In this document: one piece after another, positions 27,889 to 39,691 of the stretch
Layout of the letters: each line of letters begins with the position of its first letter
Numbering within the stretch: the stretch's first letter is position 1
DNA from: Cyanobacteriota bacterium
GTDB lineage: Bacteria > Cyanobacteriota > Cyanobacteriia > Thermostichales > Thermostichaceae
DNA: 64,000 nucleotides
Direction: 5' to 3'
NCBI GenBank assembly: GCA_033764955.1
Contig: JANRIL010000042.1
Location: 1 to 64,000 of the forward strand
Made by a program: the position numbers and the translations under genes
Notes under the pieces: model-generated
Told to the model about the DNA's origin: nothing
The model's input: the letters and a program-made list of their open reading frames with translations, nothing else
Database searches by the model: none

Positions 27889-29262
27889 CTAGGGATCAGG
27901 GATGAAGTCGGGATGCACTTGCTGGGCGAGGCTTCGCAGAGCTTCCGCCTGTTCCATCGCCAGATGTTTTTCTTCGGCTTGAGCAATGCCATCCCGGTAG
28001 AGAGCAAGAATGGCTAAATCGGGATAGGCCGCAGAAAGTTCCTCCAATTTGTCGTGCAAGCCCTCCATCCAGCCCCGGCTACTCCATCCTTGGATCCACT
28101 GCAAGGGGTTCCAGAGGTTAAGCTGGCGACCCATTTCGTTGAGGGTGGCATTCCGCAGAGGGGGATCAAAACTCTCGGCAATTACCCAAAGTTGTTGGGC
28201 TAACAGTGGCCTCAGGAGGGGATCCGCCGCCTGCACCACCTGCGGGATAGCGGCTTGCAAATCGAGAGGGGCGGGCAGGTGTTGGGCTTTGGGTAACGAT
28301 TGCAGCACCAGCTCTATCCGCCGCAGGGATCCCGCTCCATCCAAGACCGATTCCATGCTGGTTCCCAGCGTCAACATTAAATCCCCGGTCAAGAGGCGCA
28401 GGCCATCGATCACCAGGTGAAAGGGCAAGGGTAAGGGGATCAGTCCCAACCATCCACTGTTGAGTAACTCCCGCATCCGCAGTCCAACAAATTCGGCTAC
28501 CTGCGCCGCCTGTACACCCACTTGGGTTGCGGATAAATACCAATCCTGGGTGGGGGGCTGGGGGGCACTCAGCAGCACTTGCAGAATTTGCCATTCGTTG
28601 GTGGCAAAGGCCATCTGACCCTGTTTGAGGGCGGCGCGGCGCATCTCTCCTGCCGCTTTGAGGAGGCGGCGAATTTCGGGGGTTCCCAACAGTTGCAGGG
28701 CACTCCAGGCGGAAGCACTAGACAACTCAATCGCTACCACGGCACTGAGCAAAGCCGCCGACATCTCCACCTGAATGGATCCCTCGGCATCTGCGACGAT
28801 AGGCAACCCACTCGTACCGTAGAGGCGGGCACTGGTTTGAGCCAGAGCTTCCCGGTCGAAATCAGCCTCAGGACTATGGAGAGCCAACTGGTGAAACAAA
28901 CACGCCAGTAGCGCACGGTGGTCGGCGCGGGGCAAAGAGCGGACGACAACCTCCAGTTGACTGGCGGGCAGGCTATGGGCGGCGACGGACACTTCAGCTT
29001 CTAGATGCTCTAAATCATGACTGTGGTGAGCTTGAGTGAGCGCTCCCTGCAAGCGTTGCTGGATCTGTTGCGGGATCCCTCCCCATTGCAACTGCCAACT
29101 GGCTAACGCCTGCTGCCAAAGTTGCTCCGTCTGTTGCGGCATCTGCCGTAAAGAGGCATCCATCTCCGCCAGTGAGGTAGGCAGGGATTGCCAAAAGTCA
29201 AAGGGGGGGGAGTCAAATGAAGATTGGGATGGAGATTGGGGATCCGAGGGCTGGGCTGTCAT
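27889..29262 (-). CDS. Hypothetical alpha-helical protein
   Basis: 457-aa ORF co-oriented between argC and the chemosensory operon; no motif recognised. Confidence 0.65.
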   Translation of the reverse strand: MTAQPSDPQSPSQSSFDSPPFDFWQSLPTSLAEMDASLRQMPQQTEQLWQQALASWQLQWGGIPQQIQQRLQGALTQAHHSHDLEHLEAEVSVAAHSLPASQLEVVVRSLPRADHRALLACLFHQLALHSPEADFDREALAQTSARLYGTSGLPIVADAEGSIQVEMSAALLSAVVAIELSSASAWSALQLLGTPEIRRLLKAAGEMRRAALKQGQMAFATNEWQILQVLLSAPQPPTQDWYLSATQVGVQAAQVAEFVGLRMRELLNSGWLGLIPLPLPFHLVIDGLRLLTGDLMLTLGTSMESVLDGAGSLRRIELVLQSLPKAQHLPAPLDLQAAIPQVVQAADPLLRPLLAQQLWVIAESFDPPLRNATLNEMGRQLNLWNPLQWIQGWSSRGWMEGLHDKLEELSAAYPDLAILALYRDGIAQAEEKHLAMEQAEALRSLAQQVHPDFIPDP

Positions 29263-29327
29263 AATTGTCGAGAAGGCAAAAGAGCAGAATCATTCCGTCA
29301 GGCTCGAGCCACTAGCATAGCTTCATC

Positions 29328-30425
29328 TCATGGGTAGAAGGGTAGCCGAGGTAACCCCAAGGTTTCTTCCCAACCCATCATCAGGTTAAGACATTGCACT
29401 GCCTGTCCAGCTTGCCCCTTCAGCAAGTTGTCAATCACCGACAAGACAATGACGCGATGGGTACGACTGTCTACTTCGAGGCTGAGGGTGCAATAGTTGG
29501 TTCCCATCACCCACTTGGTTTGGGGATAGACTCCACGTGGCAGCAGCTTCACCCAGGGGGATTGCCGATAGAAGGCGGTGTAGATGGTCAACAAGTCGTC
29601 TCCCACCAAGCCGGGATCCCGCAGGGTAGCGTAGAGGGTTACGTGCATCCCCCGAATCATGGGCACGAGATGGGGCGTAAACTGCACCGTAATGGGCGTA
29701 TGCGCCAGATCAGAGCAAATTTGTTCGATCTCCGGAGTATGGCGGTGTTGGGCGACTCCATAGGCCGCAAACGAGCTATCCACCTCCGCAAACAGAGAGC
29801 TAACTTTAGCCGCCCGTCCCGCCCCCGAAACCCCCGACTTCGCATCAAAGATCAAACTATCTGGTTCCACCAACCCCTGTCGCAGCAAGGGAGCAACCGC
29901 CAACAGCGAAGCCGTCGGATAGCAGCCTGGACAACCCACCAAACGGGCGTGGCTGAGGGGATCCCGATAGAGTTCCGGCAGACCATAAACTGCCTCCGCA
30001 TTGGCTTCACGGTGGGCAGGAAGCGGCCAACCCTCTTGGGTGGGTCGATACCACGACTGATAGGTGGCCAGGGAGCGGAAACGATAGTCGGCGGACAGAT
30101 CAAGAACTTGGCACCCTTTGGCCAAGAGCGCCGGAGCCAGATCATAGGCAATGCCGTTAGGCAAGGATAAAAATACAACTTTGCAGGCTTGGGCAATCTG
30201 CTCCACATCCACAGGCAGAATCGGCAGATCCACGGCTTGACTCAGTTGTGGATAGAGTTCTCCATACTTTTTGCCCGCACTGTCTTGACCCGCCAGATAG
30301 GTGATCTGGGTACGGGGATGTTCCGCGAGCAGTTTTGCCAGTTGCACCCCCCCATAGCCGGAAGCCCCGACAATCCCTACCGTCACCTTTTCGCCACTCT
30401 GAGCTTGCCCACGCTGATCTGTCAT
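29328..30425 (-). CDS. argC: N-acetyl-gamma-glutamyl-phosphate reductase
   Basis: [47 protein letters not shown]. Confidence 0.96.
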   Translation of the reverse strand: MTDQRGQAQSGEKVTVGIVGASGYGGVQLAKLLAEHPRTQITYLAGQDSAGKKYGELYPQLSQAVDLPILPVDVEQIAQACKVVFLSLPNGIAYDLAPALLAKGCQVLDLSADYRFRSLATYQSWYRPTQEGWPLPAHREANAEAVYGLPELYRDPLSHARLVGCPGCYPTASLLAVAPLLRQGLVEPDSLIFDAKSGVSGAGRAAKVSSLFAEVDSSFAAYGVAQHRHTPEIEQICSDLAHTPITVQFTPHLVPMIRGMHVTLYATLRDPGLVGDDLLTIYTAFYRQSPWVKLLPRGVYPQTKWVMGTNYCTLSLEVDSRTHRVIVLSVIDNLLKGQAGQAVQCLNLMMGWEETLGLPRLPFYP

Positions 30426-30507
30426 GATTCCTACTTGCATTGACCGGGTTGAAAATCTACGGTCATGCCAAAGCTGCTAGTAGGGTAACAGAAACTCTCT
30501 GTTTTCC

Positions 30508-31788
30508 TTAATCTTCCTGATATTTGGCAAAAACCAGCGTGGCGTTGTGCCCACCAAAGCCAAAAGAGTTGGAAAGAGCCACATTGACCACTTGGCTGCG
30601 GCTGTGGTGCGCTACATAGTCGAGGTCGCATTCTGGGCTGGGGTGTTCGAGGTTGATCGTGGGCGGCACCCGATCCCGTGCTATCGACATCACTGTGGCC
30701 ACCGCTTCGATCCCGCCGGATCCGCCCAACAGGTGTCCGGTCATGGATTTGGTAGAACTGATCGTGAGGCGATGGGCATGTTCCCCTAAAACACTTTTGA
30801 CCGCTGCCGTCTCATTGCTGTCATTAGCTTGGGTGCTGGTGCCGTGGGCGTTGATATAGTCCACTTGGCTGGGATCCAAACGGGCATCCTTGAGAGCCAA
30901 CCGAATTGCTCTGGCGGCTCCTTCCCCACTGGGAGCAGGAGAGGTAATGTGATAAGCATCACAGGTGAGGGCATAGCCGACGATTTCGGCATAGATATGA
31001 GCGCCACGGCTACGGGCATGTTCCAGCTCTTCCAGGACTAAGATGCCTGCCCCTTCTCCCATGACAAAACCATCTCGATCTTGGTCAAAGGGACGGCAGG
31101 CATGGGCGGGATCCCCATTGCGGAGGGAGAGGGTGCGGGCTGCCGCGAAACCAGCAATCGAGAGGGGGGTGATGGCGGCTTCGGTTCCGCCAGTGATCAT
31201 GGCCTGGGCATCCCCCCGTTGAATCAGTCGGAAGGCATCCCCAATCGCGTTGGATCCCGCCGCACAAGCCGTAACGGTGCAGGTATTGGGGCCTTTAGCT
31301 CCCAGGTGAATCGCCACCTGACCAGCCGCCATATTGGCGATCATCATCGGTACCATGAAGGGGCTACAGCGGTCGGGACCTTTCTGCAAAAAGATCGTTT
31401 GCTGCTCCTCCATCACCTTCAGGCCACCGATGCCGGTGCCGATCAAAACACCCACCTGTTCGGCATTGAGGGGAGTGATACTTAGTTTGGCGTCTGCCAA
31501 GGCTTGCTTAGCGGCGGCCAGAGCGAAATGGACAAAGCGGTCATTGCGCTTGACTTCTTTACGATCCAAATAGTCGTGGGGATCAAACCCCTTCACTTCT
31601 CCGGCAATCCGGCACTCGTGGCGGCTGGCATCAAACAGGGTAATCGGCCCAATCCCCGACTGACCGGCCATCAACCCTTGCCAGAACTCCTGGGGAGTAT
31701 TGCCAATCGGGGTGACCGAGCCTAAGCCAGTAATCACAACACGTCTCTGCCAAGGGGCGGATGGGGGCAGAGGAGAAGGTACAGACAT
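30508..31788 (-). CDS. fabF: Beta-ketoacyl-ACP synthase II
   Basis: [32 protein letters not shown]. Confidence 0.96.
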   Translation of the reverse strand: MSVPSPLPPSAPWQRRVVITGLGSVTPIGNTPQEFWQGLMAGQSGIGPITLFDASRHECRIAGEVKGFDPHDYLDRKEVKRNDRFVHFALAAAKQALADAKLSITPLNAEQVGVLIGTGIGGLKVMEEQQTIFLQKGPDRCSPFMVPMMIANMAAGQVAIHLGAKGPNTCTVTACAAGSNAIGDAFRLIQRGDAQAMITGGTEAAITPLSIAGFAAARTLSLRNGDPAHACRPFDQDRDGFVMGEGAGILVLEELEHARSRGAHIYAEIVGYALTCDAYHITSPAPSGEGAARAIRLALKDARLDPSQVDYINAHGTSTQANDSNETAAVKSVLGEHAHRLTISSTKSMTGHLLGGSGGIEAVATVMSIARDRVPPTINLEHPSPECDLDYVAHHSRSQVVNVALSNSFGFGGHNATLVFAKYQED

Positions 31789-32042
31789 AGTCGATAAAGC
31801 GGATGGTGACAGGTTCTTCAGTTTACTCAATCCTCTGCTGGCAAGAGCTGTGGCTAGCCGAGGGATAGGGTCTGCCCAGGTTTCGACAGGTCATCCCCAG
31901 TGCCTGGGCGAAAAGAGCAGGGAAACCAAGGGCAAACGCCATCAAGACAGTTAAGGGAGTGACATCAGGAGTTTGTGCCCCGTGTTAAGGGGAGGCGCCG
32001 CCAGAACGGTTAGGGAGGAGGAAAGCAGGAAGTTCAAGATAC

Positions 32043-32288
32043 TCACACGGGAACTTTTTGGGAGATATAGGTGACGGCATCTTGAACCGTGGTGATGCTT
32101 TCGGCATCTTCGTCGGGGATCTCAAGATCAAATTCCTCTTCAAACGCCATCACCAGCTCAACGGTATCCAGGCTGTCGGCTCCTAGGTCATTCTGGAAGT
32201 TGGCTTCGGGGGTGACTTTGCTGTCTTCGACGCCCAGTTGTTCGACAACAATCTTGCGGACTCGACTGTAAATATCATCAGCACTCAT
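32043..32288 (-). CDS. acpP: Acyl carrier protein
   Basis: [14 protein letters not shown]. Confidence 0.97.
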   Translation of the reverse strand: MSADDIYSRVRKIVVEQLGVEDSKVTPEANFQNDLGADSLDTVELVMAFEEEFDLEIPDEDAESITTVQDAVTYISQKVPV

Positions 32289-33117
32289 TGGGTATTCTCT
32301 TCCTTATGGAACGAAGGGGGTGGTCGATTTGGCCTGATCAATTCTATCGGAGATCGGATCCCTTCTCGCGTCTCCCCCTTTCTAGAAATCTCTAGGTTGT
32401 CCCAGCGACAGCAACCTGACCGCCACCCTTGCCCTCCCCTTCCTTCATCTGAACTGAGTATGCTAGCGCCCTCCAATCCAACAGTCTCTCTGTTCAGCTA
32501 TGCCAACACAGATTTGGCCGAGAGATAAGGAGTGGTACTCTCCAGCGGCAGCCTATGATTGCTTGCACCCTCTCTATCCAGCAGAGGGTAGTGCCTTAGA
32601 GGTAGTGCTGACAAATTCAGCAGGACACTTAATTGAGAATGAACGAAGCCTACAATCCTCACTCCACTTTGTCTGCTCTCAATAAGCTAAGTCTGTAGTC
32701 TGCCTTCTTATTTCATAGCTATTACTTGAATAAAACTACCAGAATAAGGGATTTACAGACAAAGAATTGCCGGAAGAATATATCAAAAGAATCGTTTATT
32801 TGTGATTCAGATAAAATAAATTGGAAGACTGAAGAGGAGAATTAAGTTGAGAGATTAGGTTGATATAAGGGAGGATTTGGGGGTGAGGGAGTTTTTCAAG
32901 TGTTTATCAAAATAGCTATAAATTTCTTGAGTCTGTATCTAAAATTAGGACGCCACTCATTGCCATAAATTACCCATACTCTTTATAAGGAGAAAAAGAA
33001 ATGGGCAAGATTAAGATGGCAGAAACTTGATGATAAGGATCCCAAAAGGGATAGAGAGTTTGGCATGGAGTTGGAATAGTATCAAGAAAATAGTTATCCA
33101 TATTTCTTGCAATGAGC

Positions 33118-35261
33118 TTATCGTTGTTTCATAACTAAAAGGGTGATGTCATCATAAACTCGTTGCTGTCCGATAAATTGCCGGATATCTTCTACGATAG
33201 CCTGTCGAATATCAGAAGCTGAACGATCTCGTAATGGTTGAGCAACCTGACAGAGTCGATGCAAGCCATACTGCTGACCCTGTGGATTCTCAGCTTCCGT
33301 AATGCCATCGGTATAAAGAATCACAACATCGCCAGATTCCAGTCTCACCTCAGCTTTACCAATAAAACTACTGATTTCTGACTCTAGACCAATTGGAAAT
33401 CCCAGGTCTACAGTGTCAATCCGTTCAATAGTTCCATTCTGCCGAATTAGGATCATTTCTTCATGTTGTCCAGTTAAGCTTAACAAACCTTTCTGATAGT
33501 CTAAAAGGGCTAAGGTCATATTCTTGTCTGAATTCATACGCTGAACGTTGTTATAAATAGCTTGGTTAACAATATTTAAAAATCGACTGGGATCCGTTTC
33601 ATCGCTAGCCAGTAGGGTGCGAACAGCCATTTGCACCATGATCATCAAAACACCACTTTCTAGGCCGTGTCCAGTCACATCCCCAATGCCAATCTTTAGT
33701 CGGCCATTCTGCTGCAAAACATCATAATAATCTCCCCCCACCTCGGAAGCGGGTTCCATAAAACCAGCGATTTCTAAATCATCAATCAACTGTAATTCCT
33801 CTTCTTTGGGTAAGATGAGTTGCTGCAAACGGCGGGTTACTTCTAGTTCGGCTCCCATACGACTGTTATCTGCTTTCAATTGCTCATTCAGGGTCAGAAT
33901 TTGTTGATTGGCTACTTTTAGCTCTGCTGTTCGCCGCTCCACTCGTTCTTCTAGCAAGCTATTGGTTTGCTCTAGAGCTGTGAATGAAGCCCTTAGCTGA
34001 CCAGCCATATTCGTAAAAGATTTTGCTAAAGATTCCAATTCTTGGATGCCGGTTACATTCACAGTTTGTTCCAAATTACCCTGAGCAATTGCCTGGGAGG
34101 CGTGATTAAGTTTCAGGATAAGTCCACTGATCCAGCGAGAGGTGACTAACCCACTCAGAATCGCAACCCCTAAAGCTCCTATACAAAGCAAGATGGTAGT
34201 GCGTGTGTTGGCATTAATTTGCTCCATAAAATCTGATTCTGGCACCACTACTACAGTCAACCAGTCCAGACCCCGTTCATCTTTTAAGGGAGAAATCTGC
34301 AAAAATTGTTTTTGTCCGTTAAAGGAGAAATCAAATTGCTGGATCTGTATAATTTGGTTAAAGTTGGAGAATTTTTCTGACAAAAATTTAGCTGCTGCTT
34401 GAGTGAGGGGATCCTGACTATTGAGGGCAGAAACTCTCTCAGATACATTATTATTCACGATGAAGAGGGGTTCTAAAGTTGATGTGGCAATCAGTAATCC
34501 TGAGCGCTCGACAATAAAAGTCTTGCCTGACTTGCCAATTTTCAGATTACTCAATAACTCACTAATTTGGGAGAGTGTAAAGCCTGTATCCGTAACACCC
34601 AAAAGGTTTCCTTCTGCGTCATAAACAGGCTCAATTGCATCAAAACAAAGACTGTTCTCACTAAACCACACATAGACATCACTCCATCCCGCTCGACCTA
34701 GTTCAACTGCTTTGGTATACCAAGGCCGTTTGCGTGGGTCAAAGCCTTCTGTTGCTTGTAGGAGTTCACCTTTTTTACCTTGCTCATCAGCTAAATAACG
34801 CTTGATTCGACCGATAGCGATATCTTCGACTCCAACCGTTTCTTCGATCCAAAAGACGCCACCTGTGATTCGTTCATGAACCACATACTCCCCCTTCTCA
34901 TTTCCAAAACCTGTATACGTAAGTGAGCCAAACCTTCGTAAGAGCTTTCCTGAAAGCTTTTCTAAGCTTCGCATATCCTCAACAGGGGGTAACTCTAAGG
35001 TGATTGCATCTATAATTAAGCGATTTGACAAATGTGCCGTTTCCAGATACAAATCAACTTGATCTTCGATGCGAGAAGTGACTTCTTGTCGTAATTGCGA
35101 CGCTACATCATTGACAGCTTGCTGACCATTTCTTAGAGAAAGCCATCCTGTTAACCCTACTACCGCAAATATTTGAACTACAAAGGGAACGATCAAAACG
35201 CTTTGTAAAGGAAGTTTAAGAGCGGCATTATTTTTTTTTGCAAAGATTGCTCAGTTGTCAT
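33118..35261 (-). CDS. TM-dCache-TM-HAMP-SpoIIE (PP2C/RsbU-like) phosphatase; natural ATG separated from the main frame by a frameshift in an A9 tract
   Basis: DPRKRPWY (Cache), ELESLAKSFTNM (HAMP), VGGDYYD, GDVTGHG, YTDGITEA, DDITLL. The ATG at 35261 is out of frame by 1 nt across T9 at 35231-35239. Confidence 0.85.
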
Positions 35262-35468
35262 AATAATCCAGAATTGGGAAGGCTGTTTTTAGCCTGGAAG
35301 CTCGGCTCCGTGCCTTACTAAGTTTTTTCTGAATTTAGTATAAGCATTTCAGGAGGTATTCAAACAGTTAAAAGAACTCTTAATCTAGAGATAGATACTT
35401 GTGTAATTCTAGCAAAGCTTTTAGACTGGGACATATTCTTTACCCATCTTTCCCTCTGGACGTTTGCT

Positions 35469-36227
35469 ATGACCTCTGTTAAAGCTGCCTCTGTTTTAGA
35501 AGCCTTAGCCCACCGTTCTGCCCTCAAGGTGATCAGTGGCCTACAAAACTTTGATCGGGACTCAATCCGTAAGGTGGTGCGGGCAGCACAGCAGGGACGA
35601 GCCACGTGGGTAGATATTGCTGCTCAGCCAGATCTGGTTTCCTGGGCACGTCAACATACGGATTTGCCGATCTGCGTTTCGGCTATTGAGCCGAAGCTAT
35701 TGGCACTGGCTGTGCAAGCGGGATCCGATCTTGTAGAAATTGGTAACTACGACAGTTTTTATGCTGCGGGACGGCAATTTTCGGCGGCTGAGGTAATAGA
35801 ACTCACTCGCCAAACACGAGCCTTGCTACCGCGCACTCTTTTATCCGTTACGGTTCCCCATACGTTGCCCCTTGATCAGCAAGCAGCTTTGGCCGAGCAA
35901 CTAGAAAATTTGGGGGCTGATATGATTCAGACCGAAGGGGGTACTGCCGTACACCCCTTACATGCGGGGAGTTTGGGTTTGATCGAAAAAGCCGCCCCTA
36001 CCCTTGCTGCCAGCTATGAGATTAGCCGAGTAGTCTCAGTTCCGGTGATTTGTGCCTCTGGGCTTTCTGCCGTGACCGTAGGAATGGCGATTGCTGCCGG
36101 AGCTTCCGGGGTTGGGATCGGTAAAGCTGTCAGTCAATTGCAGGATGAAGTGGCGATGGTGGCTCAGATTCGCTCATTGGTAGAGGCACTGCAACCTGCA
36201 AAACATCTGTCTGCTGTAGTTGGCTAA
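35469..36227 (+). CDS. ycf23: DUF561/Ycf23 family TIM-barrel protein
   Basis: LKVISGL.NFD, EIGNYDSFY, SVTVPHTL, IQTEGG, CASGLS. Confidence 0.85.
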   Translation: MTSVKAASVLEALAHRSALKVISGLQNFDRDSIRKVVRAAQQGRATWVDIAAQPDLVSWARQHTDLPICVSAIEPKLLALAVQAGSDLVEIGNYDSFYAAGRQFSAAEVIELTRQTRALLPRTLLSVTVPHTLPLDQQAALAEQLENLGADMIQTEGGTAVHPLHAGSLGLIEKAAPTLAASYEISRVVSVPVICASGLSAVTVGMAIAAGASGVGIGKAVSQLQDEVAMVAQIRSLVEALQPAKHLSAVVG

Positions 36228-36337
36228 ATAGTCAACCAACTGCAAGTGCTGACTCGTTTTCATTGTGTTTGTTGGTCTCCGCAAGGGGGATCCCGGAGTT
36301 GGGGATCCCATTTTCCATCTCTACAGACATGAGTCCC

Positions 36338-38227
36338 TTATTTAGGCTCAGGCAGTGCGGCTGTTGAGGCTAAGTCACTTGCTTTCTTTTTAATAATCAG
36401 CAACGTGATGTCATCGTAGAGAACATGTCCTTGCACATGCTCAGTGAGATCAGCAATTAAAAGGTGACAAATATCAGAGGCACTCAGGTGACGATTCTTC
36501 TGGATTACCTCATGCATCCGCTTTAAGCCATAAAATTTCTGCTGAGCATTCACCGCCTCCGGGATCCCATCGGTATAGAGAGTAACAATATCTCCAGGAG
36601 CAAGCGGGAGGAGAATCTCTTGAGTAAAAGGGCTGATGTCAGCCTCTAGACCAATCGGGAAACCCAATTCATCCGTATCAACCTCTTCCATCGAGCCATC
36701 CGCCCGCACAATCAAAACCGATTCATGCTGCCCCGTCAAGCGGATCCCGCTCTGGTCATACTCCAAAATGGATAGGGTCATCGTGCGATCGGAGCCAATT
36801 CTTTGCAGGTTGTAGTATAGGGTTTCGTTTAATCGTTGCAAGAAAGCTGTGGGGTGAAAATCTCCCACACTAAGCAGAGCACGAGTAGCCGTTTGAGCCA
36901 TCAGCATAATCACACCACTCACCAGACCGTGCCCGGTTACATCTCCGATCACAACCTGAATTTTATGATCGCGGGAAATAATATCGTAATAATCTCCGCC
37001 CACTTCATCGGCGGGCTTCATATAGCCAGCAATATCCAAATCGGAAATATTGTCTAATTCATCTGATTTGGGAAGAATCATTTCTTGTAGCTGCTGAGCT
37101 ACTGTCAGCTCGGCTGTCATTCGTAGGTTTTCGGCCTTGAGTTTGATGTTTAATTTATGGATTTCCTCATTAGCTTGCTCAACTTTTTGTCGTTCCGTTT
37201 TTAGCTCTTGGAGAGAGGTTTGGAGAGATTGCTGATTTAAGGTTAAAGCTTGTTCCTGCTCCTTTAGTTGTTGTACCTGAGCTACTGTTTTTTGGGAGAG
37301 CTTCCATTGTCGCCAACCGCCAACTGAAGCCGCCACCAAAGCCATCGCAAAACAGATGGCCAGAAGGTCAAGAGATTGTAGCCGTCCTTCCACATTTTGC
37401 CGAGGAATCACCACAGCCAATGACCAGTTAGCTTCTTGTAAGGGAGCATAAGCATAGTAGTTTTGGGTATTGTTGGCGGACACCAACACAATTCCCCGTT
37501 GTCGATTGATCATTTGTTGAGCGACTGCCTTGAGATCGCTATTTTCTGACTCCACAAAAAGTGGGCCTGGGCGTTCTGCTGTGTTGCGATAAATAGGATC
37601 CGGATGAGCAATTGCTTGGCTACGGGAGTTGAGGGCAAAAGCATAGCTCCCTTGTCCGAAACGTAGTTCGTTTAACTCCTGCTCAATTCGTTCAATAGTG
37701 ACACTGCCGGATAAAACAGCTAGGGGAGTTTGGGAAGTCGCAAAAATAGGAGAAGCAATATTAATTTGGGTTCGCCCCGTGCCCCGACTAATAAACGGAT
37801 CACTGGCGGTAATAGTTCCTCCTAAAGCAGATTGAAACCAAGCGCGATCACTGACCTTAAAAGGCTTTATGCCATCAGGCAAATTGTAGGAGGTGTTGAT
37901 ATGTGTATCGTAAATAGTGCCATCAGGCAGTGTAAAAGCCAACACATCAAAATCTCCCAAACGTCCGCCAACTTCTTTGAGATAGGGGGCAACAGATTCC
38001 CAATTTTGGGTGCGGAGAGAGGGGGTACTAGCCAGAGTGGTGATTTCAGCTTTTAGCTGAGCCAGCCAAGTATCTAAACGAGCGGCGCTGTACTGCACCT
38101 TGAGAGAGGCTTCTTGGCGAGCACTTTCTAGTAGGACAGAACGAATAACCGTATAAGTTCCAATCGCAATTCCTGTGGCTAGCACGGTGCCAGTCACCAA
38201 CATAAATGGAAATAGATTTCGTCGCAT
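36338..38227 (-). CDS. TM-dCache-TM-coiled coil-SpoIIE (PP2C/RsbU-like) phosphatase
   Basis: SDRAWFQ, SDPFISR, AHPD (Cache); VGGDYYD, GDVTGHG, YTDGIPEA, DDITLL. Start at 38227 (ATG) or 38290 (TTG). Confidence 0.88.
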   Translation of the reverse strand: MRRNLFPFMLVTGTVLATGIAIGTYTVIRSVLLESARQEASLKVQYSAARLDTWLAQLKAEITTLASTPSLRTQNWESVAPYLKEVGGRLGDFDVLAFTLPDGTIYDTHINTSYNLPDGIKPFKVSDRAWFQSALGGTITASDPFISRGTGRTQINIASPIFATSQTPLAVLSGSVTIERIEQELNELRFGQGSYAFALNSRSQAIAHPDPIYRNTAERPGPLFVESENSDLKAVAQQMINRQRGIVLVSANNTQNYYAYAPLQEANWSLAVVIPRQNVEGRLQSLDLLAICFAMALVAASVGGWRQWKLSQKTVAQVQQLKEQEQALTLNQQSLQTSLQELKTERQKVEQANEEIHKLNIKLKAENLRMTAELTVAQQLQEMILPKSDELDNISDLDIAGYMKPADEVGGDYYDIISRDHKIQVVIGDVTGHGLVSGVIMLMAQTATRALLSVGDFHPTAFLQRLNETLYYNLQRIGSDRTMTLSILEYDQSGIRLTGQHESVLIVRADGSMEEVDTDELGFPIGLEADISPFTQEILLPLAPGDIVTLYTDGIPEAVNAQQKFYGLKRMHEVIQKNRHLSASDICHLLIADLTEHVQGHVLYDDITLLIIKKKASDLASTAALPEPK

Positions 38228-38430
38228 TAATTTTAGGTTTAGTGAGGAGTGATCTGCTATCTGGGATAGCTGCTCTAAAGCTAGCACCAAGAAGCTACCA
38301 TCAGAGAGAAAGGCGAGATTGTCATCAATTTAACCATTGGCTAAGGATAAGTTTCTTCAGCCCAATTTCCACCATCAAGCAGATGGTCAGCCATCAATTT
38401 TCCATCAAAAATGGGAGGTCAAGAAAATCT

Positions 38431-39597
38431 CTAGAAAATGTCAGCGGGATCCGCAGCTTGCAGCTTACGAACTGCTATGGCTCCTGAAATAAAACACATC
38501 ATGAAGGCCAAACTCATCACCAAAGTTGCTCGATCCACAGTCATGTTAATAGGAAGCAGAGTTGCTTTTTGTGTGAGATCGTAGAGGACAGTGGCTAAGA
38601 TAAAGGCTGGAATATAACCCAAGAAGGCTAGGATAGCAGCCTCTTGAAAGACAACCCCCAAAAGATAGCGATTGGTGTAGCCCATTGCCTTGAGGGTGGC
38701 ATATTCAGCCAAATGATCGGAGACGTCAGTATAAAGAATTTGATAAACAATGACAATCCCAACCACAAATCCCATGACGGTTCCCAAACCAAAAATAAAG
38801 CCGATGGCCGTGCTTTCTGCCCAATACTGTCGCTCGAAATCAACAAACTCCGCTTTAGAAAAAACTTTGACATCTTTCGGTAACTGAGAGCGCATTTGAT
38901 TGAGGGAAGACTCGACATCAGCACCAGGCTTAAGTTTGATGATCCCAACATCAATGATGCCCTTTTCACGATCTTCAAAAATTCGCAAGAAATTGAGATC
39001 ACTGGTAATGATATTTCCATCCGCACCAAAGGTAGCTCCCATTTGAAATAAACCTCCTACCTCAATGCGGCGGCTGCCTACTTCTGTGGTGACCAGGGAT
39101 CCCTGGTTAAATTTCTCAGCAATCGGGCCAAACTCAGCACGAGAAGCCTGATCAAAAATGACAATATCAGACTTCTTGATTTGTTCTAAATCATCGCTCT
39201 CTAGTAATGGGAGTTGTAAAATCTGTGCGGAGGGATCAATACCTACCACAAAAATACTACGGGTTCGTCCGGTGTCAGGGTTTTTCCACAACTGAAACCC
39301 CAAATACATAGGGCTGACTGACTCCACCTGATCAAAACCAAGCGTTTGGTAGAGTCGGCGCTGCGAAAAGCTAGCCATGGCAATCAGGGCATTCGACTGA
39401 GGGCTAATCAGGAAAATATCCCCTTGCACACTTTCATGAAAAAGAACAGCGCTGTCAAACAAACCATCCTGAAAACCCAACTGCATAAACATTAAAATAC
39501 AGGCAAAAGCAATTCCGGCTAACGCAACCAACATGCGAATTTTTTCGCGGGTGAGTTGGAGCCAAGCCAAGGGAATTTTGGGTTTGATCAAAAGCAT
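38431..39597 (-). CDS. devC: DevC-family ABC transporter permease
   Basis: PLAWLQL, LMFMQLGF, YQILYTDVSDHLAEYATLKAMGY, ADPADIF. Confidence 0.93.
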   Translation of the reverse strand: MLLIKPKIPLAWLQLTREKIRMLVALAGIAFACILMFMQLGFQDGLFDSAVLFHESVQGDIFLISPQSNALIAMASFSQRRLYQTLGFDQVESVSPMYLGFQLWKNPDTGRTRSIFVVGIDPSAQILQLPLLESDDLEQIKKSDIVIFDQASRAEFGPIAEKFNQGSLVTTEVGSRRIEVGGLFQMGATFGADGNIITSDLNFLRIFEDREKGIIDVGIIKLKPGADVESSLNQMRSQLPKDVKVFSKAEFVDFERQYWAESTAIGFIFGLGTVMGFVVGIVIVYQILYTDVSDHLAEYATLKAMGYTNRYLLGVVFQEAAILAFLGYIPAFILATVLYDLTQKATLLPINMTVDRATLVMSLAFMMCFISGAIAVRKLQAADPADIF

Positions 39598-39691
39598 GGT
39601 GAGGGTGAACCCAAGGATTGTGTGAATTGAATTTCAAAAGAGGACAAACAAAAAAGATGAAAGGGGATCCCGAATTTCCCAATGGATCCTT

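Noticed and set aside
32500..32685. 61-aa ORF upstream of acpP
   Set aside because: No recognisable family or supporting signals
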